Assembly: GCA_028871705.1 (NCBI GenBank)
Contig: JAGWMP010000001.1
Coordinates: 1-58,109 of the forward strand
Reading direction: 5' to 3'
Source: Gammaproteobacteria bacterium
Lineage (GTDB): Bacteria > Pseudomonadota > Gammaproteobacteria > Steroidobacterales > Steroidobacteraceae
DNA length: 58,109 nt
The translations under genes and the position numbers were made by a program. A model generated the notes under the pieces. It did no database searches and was not told where the DNA came from. It worked only from the letters and a program-made list of their open reading frames with translations. Positions 15,698 through 24,704 of this stretch are shown one piece after another (within the stretch, counting starts at the first letter, position 1; the number at the start of each line of letters is the position of its first letter).

Positions 15698-16861
15698 TCA
15701 GCCCCCCAGCGGCCGCAGCAGCGCGCGCGAGATGATGTGCCGCTGCACTTCGCTGGTACCGTCCCTGATGCGCTCGATGCGCGCGTCGCGCCAGATGCGC
15801 TCGAGCGGCAGGTCGCTCATGAGTCCCATCCCGCCGTGAATCTGCAGCGCCTCGTCCGCCACCATCGCCAGCATCTCGGTGGCTTTGAGCTTGGCGATCG
15901 CCATGTCCATGTCGGTCGCGGTCTTGCGCCCGAGCTTCCACGCCGCCTCGAGGGTGAGGAGCTCCGCGGCGCGCAGCTCGACCGCCATGTCGGCGAGCTT
16001 GAAGGCGACGCCCTGGAACTTGCCGATCTGCTGGCCGAACTGCCGCCGATCGACCGCCCATTGCGTCGCGAGCGCGAGCGCGCGCTCGGCACGCCCGAGG
16101 CAGTTGGCCGCGACCTGCAGGCGCGTGGCCCCGAGCCAGGTATTGGCCACCTCGAACCCCTGGTGCAGCTCGCCGAGCACCGCCGACTTCGGCACGCGGC
16201 AGTCGGTGAACTCGAGGATGCTGTTGGTGTAGCCGCGGTGCGAGACGTTCTGATAGCCCGGGCGCACTTCGAAGCCGGGGGTGCCCGTGTCGATGAGGAA
16301 GGCGGTGATGAGCTTGCGGCGGCCACGCGGCCCGTCCTCCTCGCCGCTGGCGGCGAACAGGATGACGAAATCGGCATGATCGGCGTGGCTGATGAAGTGC
16401 TTGGTGCCGTTGATGACGAAGTCGCCGCCCCGTTGCGTCGCCGTGGTCTTCATGCTGCGCAGGTCCGATCCCGCCTGAGGCTCGGTCATGGCGAGACATT
16501 CGGTGCGCTCGCCGCGCACCGTCGCCAGCAGGTAGCGGTCGCGCTGCTCACCCTGGCAGGCGAGCAGGATGTTCGAGGGCCGTGCCACACACCCGTACTG
16601 CAGCGCATAGCCGGTGTGGCCGAGCTCCTTCTCGTAGAGCACCCAGGCGATGCCGTCGAGCCCGCCGCCGCCGACCTCGACCGGCATGTTGGCGGCATAC
16701 AAGCCCGCGGCGATCGCCCTGGCCTTCAATTCGCGCTGCAGTTCTGTGGGCAGGGTGCCGCTGGCCTCCACTTCGCGTTCATGGGGCACGAGCTCCTCGC
16801 GCACGAAGCGGCGCGTGGCGGCGACGATGAGCTGCTGCTCTTCGGTGAGACTGAAATCCAT
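15698..16861 (-). CDS. Acyl-CoA dehydrogenase (candidate gamma-butyrobetainyl-CoA dehydrogenase)
   Basis: 387 aa. MDFSLTEEQQ.., AMTEPQAGSD and IHGGMG..ERIWRDARI are classic ACAD features. Confidence 0.9.
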   Translation of the reverse strand: MDFSLTEEQQLIVAATRRFVREELVPHEREVEASGTLPTELQRELKARAIAAGLYAANMPVEVGGGGLDGIAWVLYEKELGHTGYALQYGCVARPSNILLACQGEQRDRYLLATVRGERTECLAMTEPQAGSDLRSMKTTATQRGGDFVINGTKHFISHADHADFVILFAASGEEDGPRGRRKLITAFLIDTGTPGFEVRPGYQNVSHRGYTNSILEFTDCRVPKSAVLGELHQGFEVANTWLGATRLQVAANCLGRAERALALATQWAVDRRQFGQQIGKFQGVAFKLADMAVELRAAELLTLEAAWKLGRKTATDMDMAIAKLKATEMLAMVADEALQIHGGMGLMSDLPLERIWRDARIERIRDGTSEVQRHIISRALLRPLGG

Positions 16862-16892
16862 GGCCGACTCCCTCGGTGCGGGTCGCCGCCGT

Positions 16893-17690
16893 CTAGCGGC
16901 CCTGCCACACTGGTTTTCTCTTCTCCGCGAACGCGCGGGTGCCTTCCTTCAGGTCCTCGGAGCGGATCACCTTCTGCACGGCATTCAGCGCGTCATGGAC
17001 CTCGAAGGCCTGGTGCTCCGGAATCATCTCGGTGTGGCGCAGCAGCTGCTTGATCGCGGGGAACAGCAGCGGCGGGCCGTCGGCGAGCTGCTGCGCGATC
17101 TCGCGCGCCTTCGCGAGACCCGCGCCCTTCGGCACGACGTGGTTGGCGAGGCCCCAGTGTTTGGCCTCCGCGGCGTCCATCCAGCGGCCGGTCATGAGGA
17201 ACTCCACCGCCACGTGGTAGGGGATGCGGCGGCGCAGCTTGATGGTGCCGGCATCGGCCAGCACCCCCACGTTGATCTCCGGCAGCGCGAAGCGGGCGTG
17301 CTCCTCCATCACGATGATGTCGGTGCCGAGCACCAGCTCCATGCCGCCCCCGCAGGCGATGCCGTTGACCGCCGCGATGATCGGCTTGTCGAGATTGCGC
17401 GGGTAGTTCAAACCTCCGAAGCCGGCGGCGCCCCAGTCGGTGTCGGATTCCTCGCCCGCGGCGGCGCCCTTCAGGTCCCACCCGGCGCTGAAGAAGCGCT
17501 CCCCGCCGCCGGTCAGGATCGCAGTGCGCAGCGTCGGCTCGTCGCGGAACCGCTCGAACACCCTGTTGAGGTGGCGGCTCGCGGCGAGATCGATGGCGTT
17601 CGCCTTGGGGCGATCGAGGGTCACCTCGAGTACCGCACCGTTGACCTTGGTATAGACGCCCCCGGAGGAGCTGTTGCTGAGGTCCGACAT
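16893..17690 (-). CDS. caiD: Crotonase-family enzyme closely resembling carnitinyl-CoA dehydratase
   Basis: LEVTLDRPKANAID, FFSAGWDLK, DKPIIAAVNG and AFAEKRKPVWQGR are near-collinear with E. coli CaiD as recalled. Confidence 0.8.
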   Translation of the reverse strand: MSDLSNSSSGGVYTKVNGAVLEVTLDRPKANAIDLAASRHLNRVFERFRDEPTLRTAILTGGGERFFSAGWDLKGAAAGEESDTDWGAAGFGGLNYPRNLDKPIIAAVNGIACGGGMELVLGTDIIVMEEHARFALPEINVGVLADAGTIKLRRRIPYHVAVEFLMTGRWMDAAEAKHWGLANHVVPKGAGLAKAREIAQQLADGPPLLFPAIKQLLRHTEMIPEHQAFEVHDALNAVQKVIRSEDLKEGTRAFAEKRKPVWQGR

Positions 17691-17697
17691 GTCGCTG

Positions 17698-19752
17698 TTA
17701 CTCCGTCAGGCGAATCAGGGCATCGACCGCCACCGCCCCGGACCCCGCGGGCCGCACGATGACGGGATTGATGTCGAGCTCCGCCAGTGTATCGAGGTGG
17801 GCCTGCGCATAGCGGGCGCAGGCGAGCGCGGTCTCGATGAGCGCCGGCAGATCGCCGGCCGGGCGGCCGCGAAAGCCGCCGAGGAGCCTGGTGATGCGCA
17901 GGCTGCGCAGCGCAGCCTCGATGGCCGCCGCATCGAAGGGCGGCAGCAGCGTGACCGAATCGCGCAGCAGCTCGGTGAGCACGCCGCCGGCGCCGAGCAC
18001 CAGCAGCTGGCCGAACTGGGGATCCACGGTGATGCCGATGAGCACTTCGGCGACTCCATCGCGCACCATCTCCTCGATGAGGAGCGAGTCCGACAGCCGT
18101 GCCAGCCGCTGCGCGGCGGCGCTGGCCTCGGCGGCGCTGCGCACGTCGAGGACCACGCCGCCGACTTCCGACTTATGCTCGAGCGCGGTGCCTACGGCCT
18201 TGATGACCACCGGGAAGCCGAGCGCCTCGGCGGCGCCGGCGGCATCGCCGCTGCGCACCACCGCCGAGCGCGGCACGCGAATCCCGAAGGCCGAGAGCGC
18301 CGCCTTGGCCTCGTGCTCGGTGAGTGCCCGCGCACGGTCGGCGGATGAGCGGGGCCGGCGCAGCTCGATGCGTGCGCCGTTGCGCCAGGCGGCGCCGACG
18401 CTGCCGGCGAGGTCGAGCGCCTCGAGCGCCTCGCGCTGGCCTTGCAACGGCACGACGCCGGCGGCGAGGCACTGCTCGCGCGTCGGCGCCGCCAGCGATT
18501 CCGGGAGCGAGGAGATGACGGCCGCGCGGCTCGCCGCCCCGGGGCTCGCCGCGATGAATTCCTCGATGCCGTGCAGGTAGGCGCTGGCGTCGGCCTGCTC
18601 CGCGGGCGGGCAGTCGATCATGAACCCCACGGCATCGTAGCCGGCGCGCTGCGCCACGGAGAACATCGCGCGCATGCGCGGGCGGTCGAACCAGACGTAG
18701 GTCTGGAAATCGAACGGATTGGCGATGGCCACCCGCTCCGAGAGGATCCCGGTCAGGCTCGCGGCGCTCGCGGCCGGCACGGGCGCGAAATCGAGGCCCA
18801 GCTGGCGGGCGTTGTCGGCCGTCATGGCCATGTCGCCGCCGGAGGCGCCCATGACCAGCACGCGCTTGCCGCCGAGCGGACCGCCGCAGTGAAACACCTT
18901 GAGCGTCTCGCACAGCGTCGCGAGCGAGTCGCAGCGGGCGATGCCCGCCTGGCGGCAGAAGGCATCGAAGGCGGCGTCGGCGCCGGCGAGCGCGCCGGTG
19001 TGTGTGTGCGCGGTGCGGGCGGCCGCGGCGGTACGGCCGGCCTTGACCAGCGCGACCGCTTTGCCGGCGGCGCGCGCGGCCGCCACGGCGCGCGCGAAGC
19101 GCTCGACGTCCTTGACCCCCTCGAGGTAGAGCCCGAAGGCAGTGACGCGCTCGTCCAGCGCGAGCAGCTCGATGAGGTCCTCGGCCGCGAGGCGCGTCTG
19201 GTTGCCGACGGTGACGATGAGACCGATCGGCAGCGAGCGGTCGTTGAAGAGGAGATTGAGCGAGATCGTGCCGCTCTGGCAGATGAGCGCCACGCCGCGC
19301 TCGCGCCGTGCGCCTACCACCTGGTCGGGCCAGAGCGCGACGCCGTCGAAGAAGTTGATGAAGCCGTAGCAGTTGGGCCCGAAGAAGGGCAGCTCGCCCG
19401 CGCTCTCGAGCAGCTCCGCGGTCAGCCGCCGGCCTTCGGCCGTGCCGGTCTCGGAGAAGCCGGCGGCAAAGCACACGAAGCCACCGGCGCCGCGCGCCGC
19501 GAGTGCCGCGGCGATGGCCGGTACCTCGCGATTCGGGGCGGCGAGGAACGCCGCGTCGGGCGCGGCGGGTAACTCCTCCACCGAGCGGAAGTAATGCTGC
19601 GCCGGCGTCGAGGGGCGCGCTGGGTGGACGCGCCACAGCTCGCCCGTGTAGCCGATCTTGCGGCTGCCGGCGGCGACGGCGTCCGCCCAGTCGCCGCCGA
19701 ACAGTGCGACGCTGCGCGGGGCGAGCAGCCGTGCGACGCCCGAGCGGCTCAT
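17698..19752 (-). CDS. ADP-forming acyl-CoA synthetase (CoA-binding, succinyl-CoA-synthetase-like and ATP-grasp domains)
   Basis: 684 aa. CoA-binding N-terminus (SVALFGG..), a HTHTGALAG phosphohistidine loop and a C-terminal ATP-grasp domain (FPVVIKA..). Its start overlaps the upstream thioesterase stop by 4 nt. Confidence 0.8.
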   Translation of the reverse strand: MSRSGVARLLAPRSVALFGGDWADAVAAGSRKIGYTGELWRVHPARPSTPAQHYFRSVEELPAAPDAAFLAAPNREVPAIAAALAARGAGGFVCFAAGFSETGTAEGRRLTAELLESAGELPFFGPNCYGFINFFDGVALWPDQVVGARRERGVALICQSGTISLNLLFNDRSLPIGLIVTVGNQTRLAAEDLIELLALDERVTAFGLYLEGVKDVERFARAVAAARAAGKAVALVKAGRTAAAARTAHTHTGALAGADAAFDAFCRQAGIARCDSLATLCETLKVFHCGGPLGGKRVLVMGASGGDMAMTADNARQLGLDFAPVPAASAASLTGILSERVAIANPFDFQTYVWFDRPRMRAMFSVAQRAGYDAVGFMIDCPPAEQADASAYLHGIEEFIAASPGAASRAAVISSLPESLAAPTREQCLAAGVVPLQGQREALEALDLAGSVGAAWRNGARIELRRPRSSADRARALTEHEAKAALSAFGIRVPRSAVVRSGDAAGAAEALGFPVVIKAVGTALEHKSEVGGVVLDVRSAAEASAAAQRLARLSDSLLIEEMVRDGVAEVLIGITVDPQFGQLLVLGAGGVLTELLRDSVTLLPPFDAAAIEAALRSLRITRLLGGFRGRPAGDLPALIETALACARYAQAHLDTLAELDINPVIVRPAGSGAVAVDALIRLTE

Positions 19753-20234
19753 GCGCCGCGCGCCGCCGGGCGCAGCGCGAGCGCGCGCGAGCCCGGGCCG
19801 AAGCCGGCGGCGGGAGCGGCGGCGCTGAGAGCGGCGATCCGGGCCGCGACTTCGGATGGAAAGGGTGTGGACGCGGGCTTGGCGCCCTGCTGCACGTGCA
19901 GCAGCATCATCTCGACCGTCGCCGCGACGGTCGCGGTCGGTGCGCTGGTGAGGGTGAAGCCGGCGTGCAGACGCTTCGCGTCGGCGCCGAGAACGCTCAC
20001 CGCGACCGCGACGCGCCCGGTCGACTTCACCTCATTGAGGAAGTGCACATGCATCTCGAGCGTATAGAGCGTGCAGTGCGTGCGCGCGCGGTAGGCGGCA
20101 TCGATGCCCAGGCGATCCATGAGCGCATCGCAGGCGCTGCTCGCGATGACGCCGTAGTACGCATCGCGCACGTGACCGTTATAGTCGATCCACTCGGGCA
20201 GGACCGGAGTTTCGTAGATGGAGATCCCGGCCAC
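19749..20234 (-). CDS. Hotdog-fold thioesterase (BKACE-associated type)
   Basis: 161 aa. PEWIDYNGHVRDAYY..TLEMHVHFL is paralogous to the C-terminal domain of the lcdH fusion. Confidence 0.75.
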   Translation of the reverse strand: MAGISIYETPVLPEWIDYNGHVRDAYYGVIASSACDALMDRLGIDAAYRARTHCTLYTLEMHVHFLNEVKSTGRVAVAVSVLGADAKRLHAGFTLTSAPTATVAATVEMMLLHVQQGAKPASTPFPSEVAARIAALSAAAPAAGFGPGSRALALRPAARGA

Positions 20235-20256
20235 GATGTGCTGGCGTGCGGCGCGC

Positions 20257-21156
20257 TCAGCCGAGCTTGAGACGGTCGCGCGCTTCGGCGGCGCTCACGA
20301 TCCGCGCGCCCATCGCCTCGATGATGCCGCGGGCTTTCTCCACCAGCTGTGCGTTGCTCGCGTAGACACCGCGACTGAGATACAGGTTGTCCTCGAGCCC
20401 CACGCGCACGTTGCCGCCGAGCAGCACGGACTGCGCCACCCACGGCATCTGCATGCGGCTCACCCCGAAGGAGGTCCACACGCAGTCCGGCGGCAGGTAG
20501 TTGACCATCGCGAGCAGGTGGCCTGGGTCGGCCGGCACGCCCCAGGGAATGCCGCAGCACAGCTGGATGAGCGCCGGCGCGTCGATCAGCCCTTCCTTGA
20601 TGAGCTGCTTCACGAACCACAGGTTACCGGTATCGAAGATCTCGAGCTCGGGCTTCACGCGCAGCTCGCGCAGGATCGCCGCGCCCTTGCGCAGGTAGTT
20701 GGGCGTCGACACGTAGGCCCGGTTGACGTCGCCGAAGTTGAGCGAGCCGCAGTCGAGGGTCGCGATGTCGGGGCGATAGAGCCCCTCCTGGCACAGGTCG
20801 ATCACGTGCCGCATGCGGTCTTCCTGGCTGACGAAGTCGCTCCCCGGCGCCGGGGTGTCGGTGAGGCCGTGGTCGCCGACGTAGATGTAGCCGCCCATGC
20901 CGCAGGTGAGGTTGACGATCACGTCGACCTTGCTCTCGCGGATGCGCTTGACCACCTCGCGGTAGTGCCGGGTCGCCATGCTGAAGGCGCCGGTCTCCGG
21001 ATCGCGCACGTGGATGTGGACGATCGCCGCTCCGGCCCGCGCCGCCTCGACGGCGGAAGCGGCGATCTGCTCGGGGGTGATCGGGCAGTGCGGACTCTTG
21101 GTAACCTTGGTGTCGTCGCCGGTGATGGCGCAGGTGATCATGACGTCGGAGTTCAT
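20257..21156 (-). CDS. BKACE-family (3-keto-5-aminohexanoate cleavage enzyme-like, DUF849) enzyme, candidate dehydrocarnitine cleavage enzyme
   Basis: The internal ATG at 21156 gives MNSDVMITCAITGD...PITPEQIA..AGAAIVHIHVRDPETG, the typical BKACE N-terminus. The 69-aa upstream extension in the track ORF runs through the AT-rich promoter region. Confidence 0.8.
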   Translation of the reverse strand: MNSDVMITCAITGDDTKVTKSPHCPITPEQIAASAVEAARAGAAIVHIHVRDPETGAFSMATRHYREVVKRIRESKVDVIVNLTCGMGGYIYVGDHGLTDTPAPGSDFVSQEDRMRHVIDLCQEGLYRPDIATLDCGSLNFGDVNRAYVSTPNYLRKGAAILRELRVKPELEIFDTGNLWFVKQLIKEGLIDAPALIQLCCGIPWGVPADPGHLLAMVNYLPPDCVWTSFGVSRMQMPWVAQSVLLGGNVRVGLEDNLYLSRGVYASNAQLVEKARGIIEAMGARIVSAAEARDRLKLG

Positions 21157-21192
21157 GGCGGCCCCCCGGGGCTTTGAGCGCGGATGACGTGG

Positions 21193-21216
21193 TAATATTA
21201 TGGCGATAATAATATA
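21193..21216. promoter_or_regulatory. AT-rich divergent control region: TAATATTA palindrome plus TATATTATTA (minus strand)
   Basis: TAATATTAtggcgaTAATAATATA lies between the BKACE start (21156, -) and the patD start (21269, +). The 10-mer is identical to the one at 10131-10140. Confidence 0.4.
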
Positions 21217-21268
21217 GCGGGGCGGCGTGGCGCGGCAAGCTCGCGCCGCGTCTGCGAGGAGCGCAACG

Positions 21269-22692
21269 ATGCAGACCCAGATGTTGATCGGCGGACGGCT
21301 GGTGGGCGGCGAGGGTCCCCCGGAGACGGTGCTGGATGCCGCGAGCGGTGCGCCGCTCGCCACGGTCGCCGCGGCGAGCGCCCGGCAGGTCGAGGCCGCG
21401 GTGGCGGCGGCGGAGGCGGCTTTCGACGGCTGGGCGGGAACGGCGCCGCGCGACCGTGGCGCGGCTTTGCTCAGGATCGCGGATGCGCTCGAGCGCGAGG
21501 CGGGCGCCTATGCCAGCCTCGAGTCGCGCAATACCGGCAAGCCGCTCGCCGCGATGCTCAACGACGAGATGCCGGGATCGCCGACCTGTTCCGCTATTTC
21601 GCCGGTGCCTGCCGCATCCCCCAGGGGCTGGCGGCCGGGGAATACCTGCCGGGACACACCAGCATGATCCGCCGCGACCCGGTCGGCGTCGTCGGCTCGA
21701 TCGCCCCCTGGAACTACCCGCTGATGATGGCGGCCTGGAAGATCGCCCCGGCGATCGCCGCCGGCAACACCCTGGTGCTCAAGCCTTCCGAGATGACGCC
21801 GCTCACGGTGCTGAAGCTCGGCGAGCAGCTGCGTGAGCTCCTGCCCGCGGGCGTCGTCAACATCGTGTGCGGCCGCGGGGAGCCCGTCGGCTCGGCCATC
21901 ACCGGACACCCGCGCGTGCGCATGGTGTCCCTCACCGGCGATGTCGGCACGGGGCAGAAGGTGCTGGCGGCGGCCGCCGGGAACCTGAAGCGTACGCATC
22001 TCGAGCTCGGCGGCAAGGCGCCGGTGATCGTGTTCGACGATGCGGATCTGGAGTCGGTGGTGGCCGGAGTGCGCACCTTCGCGTTCTACAACGCGGGGCA
22101 GGAGTGCACCGCGGCCAGCCGGCTCTATGCCGGCGAGCGCATCTACGAGCGCCTGGTGGCCGATCTCACCAGCGCGGTGCGCACCATCCGTCTCGGTACG
22201 CAGCAGGAAGCCGGGGTGGAGATGGGCCCGCTCATCTCCGAGCGGCAGCGCGAGCGCGTCGCCGGCATGGTGGAGCGCGCGGCGGCGGTGCCGCACATCG
22301 AGGTCACCACCGGCGGCAGGAAGCGCGCCGGCAGCGGCTTCTTCTACGAGCCGACCGTGATCGCCGGCGCCCGTCAGCAGGATGAGATCGTGCAGCGCGA
22401 GGTGTTCGGTCCGGTGGTCTCCGTCACGCGCGTCAGCGATGCAAGCGAAGCGGTGCGCTGGGCGAATGACTCGGAGTACGGCCTGGCATCCTCGGTGTGG
22501 ACCCGCGACGTCGGCCGCGCCATGCAGGTCGCCGCGAAGCTGCAGTACGGCGCCACCTGGATCAATACCCACTTCGCCACCGTGAGCGAGATGCCGCACG
22601 GCGGATTCAAGCGTTCCGGCTACGGCAAGGATCTCTCGGTCTATGCGCTCGAGGACTACACCGTGGTGCGGCACGTGATGGTGAAACTCTAG
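21269..22692 (+). pseudogene. patD: Gamma-aminobutyraldehyde dehydrogenase (PatD/ALDH9-like) interrupted by a 1-nt deletion near 21575
   Basis: Both track ORFs (21227..21667 and 21664..22692) are collinear with E. coli PatD. Reading switches frame at ccgGG|atc (21572-21579). Restoring one G gives ..[39 protein letters not shown] lies upstream of the ATG at 21269. Confidence 0.8.
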
Positions 22693-23804
22693 TGCGCGCC
22701 GGCGGGCGCCTCGCGCTCGCGGCGCTGCTCGGCGCCCTCGGCCTCGCCGGCTGCGGGCGCGGAGCGCACGGCGGCGCCGAGGAGCCGGTGCTGCACGTCT
22801 ACAACTGGGCCGACTACATCGGCAAGGATACGATCGCCGACTTCGAGCGCACCACCGGCATCCGGGTCGATTACGACACTTACGATTCGGATGAGACCCT
22901 CGAGGCCAAGATGATGGCCGGGGATTCGGGTTACGACGTGGTGAGCACCTCCACCGACTACTTCGCGCGGCAGATCAAGGCCGGCATCTACCGGCCGCTC
23001 GACCGCACCAGGCTCACCAACTGGAAGAATCTCGATCCCCACGTGCTCGCCATCGAGGCGGCGGCCGATCCCGGCAACGCCCACGCGGTGCCGTATCTGC
23101 ACGCCGTCAACGGCTTCGCCTACAACATCGACCAGGTGAAGGCGCGCATGCCCGACGCGCCGGTCGACAGCCTCGATCTGATCTTCAAGCCCGAGCTGAT
23201 CGCGCGCTTCGCCGACTGCGGCGTCTCCTTCCTCGATTCCCCCGAGGATGTACTGCAGCTCGCGCTCAACTACCTGCACCTCGACCCCAACAGCCAGAGC
23301 GCCGCCGATTACCAGCAGGCGGAGAAGCTGCTGATGAGCGTGCGCCAGTACGTGAAGGCCTTCGACTCCTCGGAGTACATGAACGGCCTGATCAACGGCG
23401 AGTTCTGCATCTCCATGTCCTGGTCCGCCGACTACTCCACCTCGCGCGACCGGGCACGCGCCGCCGGGGTCGACGTGCATCTCGCCTTCACCGTGCCGAA
23501 GGAGGGCGCCAACGGCACCTACGACGCGCTGCTCATTCCGGCGGATGCGCCGCATCCCGGCAATGCCCTGAAGTTCCTCAATTTCATCCTCGAGCCGAAG
23601 GTGATCGCCGCCATCACCAACGAGATCCACTACGGCAACGACAACCGCGCGGCCGACCCGTACGTCGACCCGCGGATCCTCGACGATCCGACCATCTATC
23701 CGACGCCCGCGGTCGAGGCGCGCCTCTATTACGCGCAGGAGGTGCCGCCGGCGCTCGAGCGTATCCGCACGCGCACCTGGACGCGCATCAAGACGACATT
23801 GTGA
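22692..23804 (+). CDS. Polyamine-type (PotF/PotD-family) periplasmic substrate-binding lipoprotein
   Basis: GTG at 22692 shares its G with the patD TAG stop. Lipobox LAGC. VLHVYNWADYI..DYDTYDSDE..DVV is the PotF/PotD signature. Confidence 0.85.
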   Translation: MRAGGRLALAALLGALGLAGCGRGAHGGAEEPVLHVYNWADYIGKDTIADFERTTGIRVDYDTYDSDETLEAKMMAGDSGYDVVSTSTDYFARQIKAGIYRPLDRTRLTNWKNLDPHVLAIEAAADPGNAHAVPYLHAVNGFAYNIDQVKARMPDAPVDSLDLIFKPELIARFADCGVSFLDSPEDVLQLALNYLHLDPNSQSAADYQQAEKLLMSVRQYVKAFDSSEYMNGLINGEFCISMSWSADYSTSRDRARAAGVDVHLAFTVPKEGANGTYDALLIPADAPHPGNALKFLNFILEPKVIAAITNEIHYGNDNRAADPYVDPRILDDPTIYPTPAVEARLYYAQEVPPALERIRTRTWTRIKTTL

Positions 23805-23810
23805 TCATCG

Positions 23811-23833
23811 GCCCGCCACCTGCGGTGGCGGGC
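23811..23833. terminator. Perfect 10-bp stem / 3-nt loop hairpin between convergent genes
   Basis: GCCCGCCACC tgc GGTGGCGGGC begins 7 nt after the stop of the potF-like gene and lies 34 nt before the potI-like stop. There is no obvious U-tract. Confidence 0.5.
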
Positions 23834-23867
23834 ATTGCCCCGTGCCGGGCGCGAGATCGCGCGCCGT

Positions 23868-24698
23868 TCAACGTCCCGCGAGCTGGATCTCGAGCGCGCG
23901 GCGGCGCTCGGCGCGCCGCATCAGCCACCCGGCCGTGATGATGAGCGCGCCCACGCCGCAGACGATGAGGCTCGCGAGCGCGTTGATGTCGGGGCTCACT
24001 CCGAGCTTGACCTTCGAATAGATCACCATCGGCAGGGTGCTGGCGCCGGGTCCGGACACGAAGCTGGAGATGACGAGGTCATCGAGCGACAGCGTGAAGC
24101 ACAAGAGCCAGCTCGAGACGATCGCCGGGGCGATGATCGGCAACGTGATCTCGAGGAAGGCGCGCGCGGGGCCGGCTCCGAGATCCATCGCGGCTTCCTC
24201 CAGCGCGCGGTCGGCGCTCGCGAGGCGCGCCTGCACCGTGATGGTCACGTAGGCGGTGCAGAAGGTCACGTGCGAGATCACGATGGTGGTGAAGCCGCGA
24301 TGCGGCCAGGAGATGAGCTGCACCATCGACACGAACAGCAGCAGCTGCGTGATGCCGGTGATGATCTCGGGCATGACGAGCGGCGCGTTCACCATGCCGG
24401 TGAGCAGGAGTCGGCCGGGGAAGCGGGTGAAGCGCACCAGGGCGACGGCCGCCAGCGTGCCGAGGATCACCGCGCCGGTGGAGGCGCTCACCGCCACCTC
24501 GAGCGACAACAGCGCCGCATCCAGCAGCTGGCGGTTGTGCCACAGCGTGCCGTACCACGCGGTGGAGAAGCCTCCCCAGACGTTGACCAGCGGCGAGGCG
24601 TTGAAGGAGTAGGCGATCAGCACCAGGATCGGGATGTAGAGGATCGCGATGCCGAAGCACAGCACCGTGAAGGGAAAGAGCGAGCCGTGCCTTTCCAC
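23868..24698 (-). CDS. ABC transporter permease (PotI/PotC type)
   Basis: 276 aa with six hydrophobic spans. The EAA-loop-like sequence EEAAMDLGAGPARAF is present. Confidence 0.85.
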   Translation of the reverse strand: MERHGSLFPFTVLCFGIAILYIPILVLIAYSFNASPLVNVWGGFSTAWYGTLWHNRQLLDAALLSLEVAVSASTGAVILGTLAAVALVRFTRFPGRLLLTGMVNAPLVMPEIITGITQLLLFVSMVQLISWPHRGFTTIVISHVTFCTAYVTITVQARLASADRALEEAAMDLGAGPARAFLEITLPIIAPAIVSSWLLCFTLSLDDLVISSFVSGPGASTLPMVIYSKVKLGVSPDINALASLIVCGVGALIITAGWLMRRAERRRALEIQLAGR

Positions 24699-24704
24699 CG
24701 GACT

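Noticed and set aside
20257-21363. Long form (368 aa) of the BKACE ORF and the ATG at 21227 for patD
   Set aside because: Both extensions run through the AT-rich divergent promoter region and would overlap each other head to head. Family-typical N-termini and Shine-Dalgarno-like sequences support 21156 and 21269.
21561-21600. Programmed ribosomal frameshift as the explanation for the split patD
   Set aside because: I see no slippery heptamer, no stimulatory Shine-Dalgarno-like element and no obvious downstream structure. The break sits in a short G run, which fits an indel or sequencing error better.
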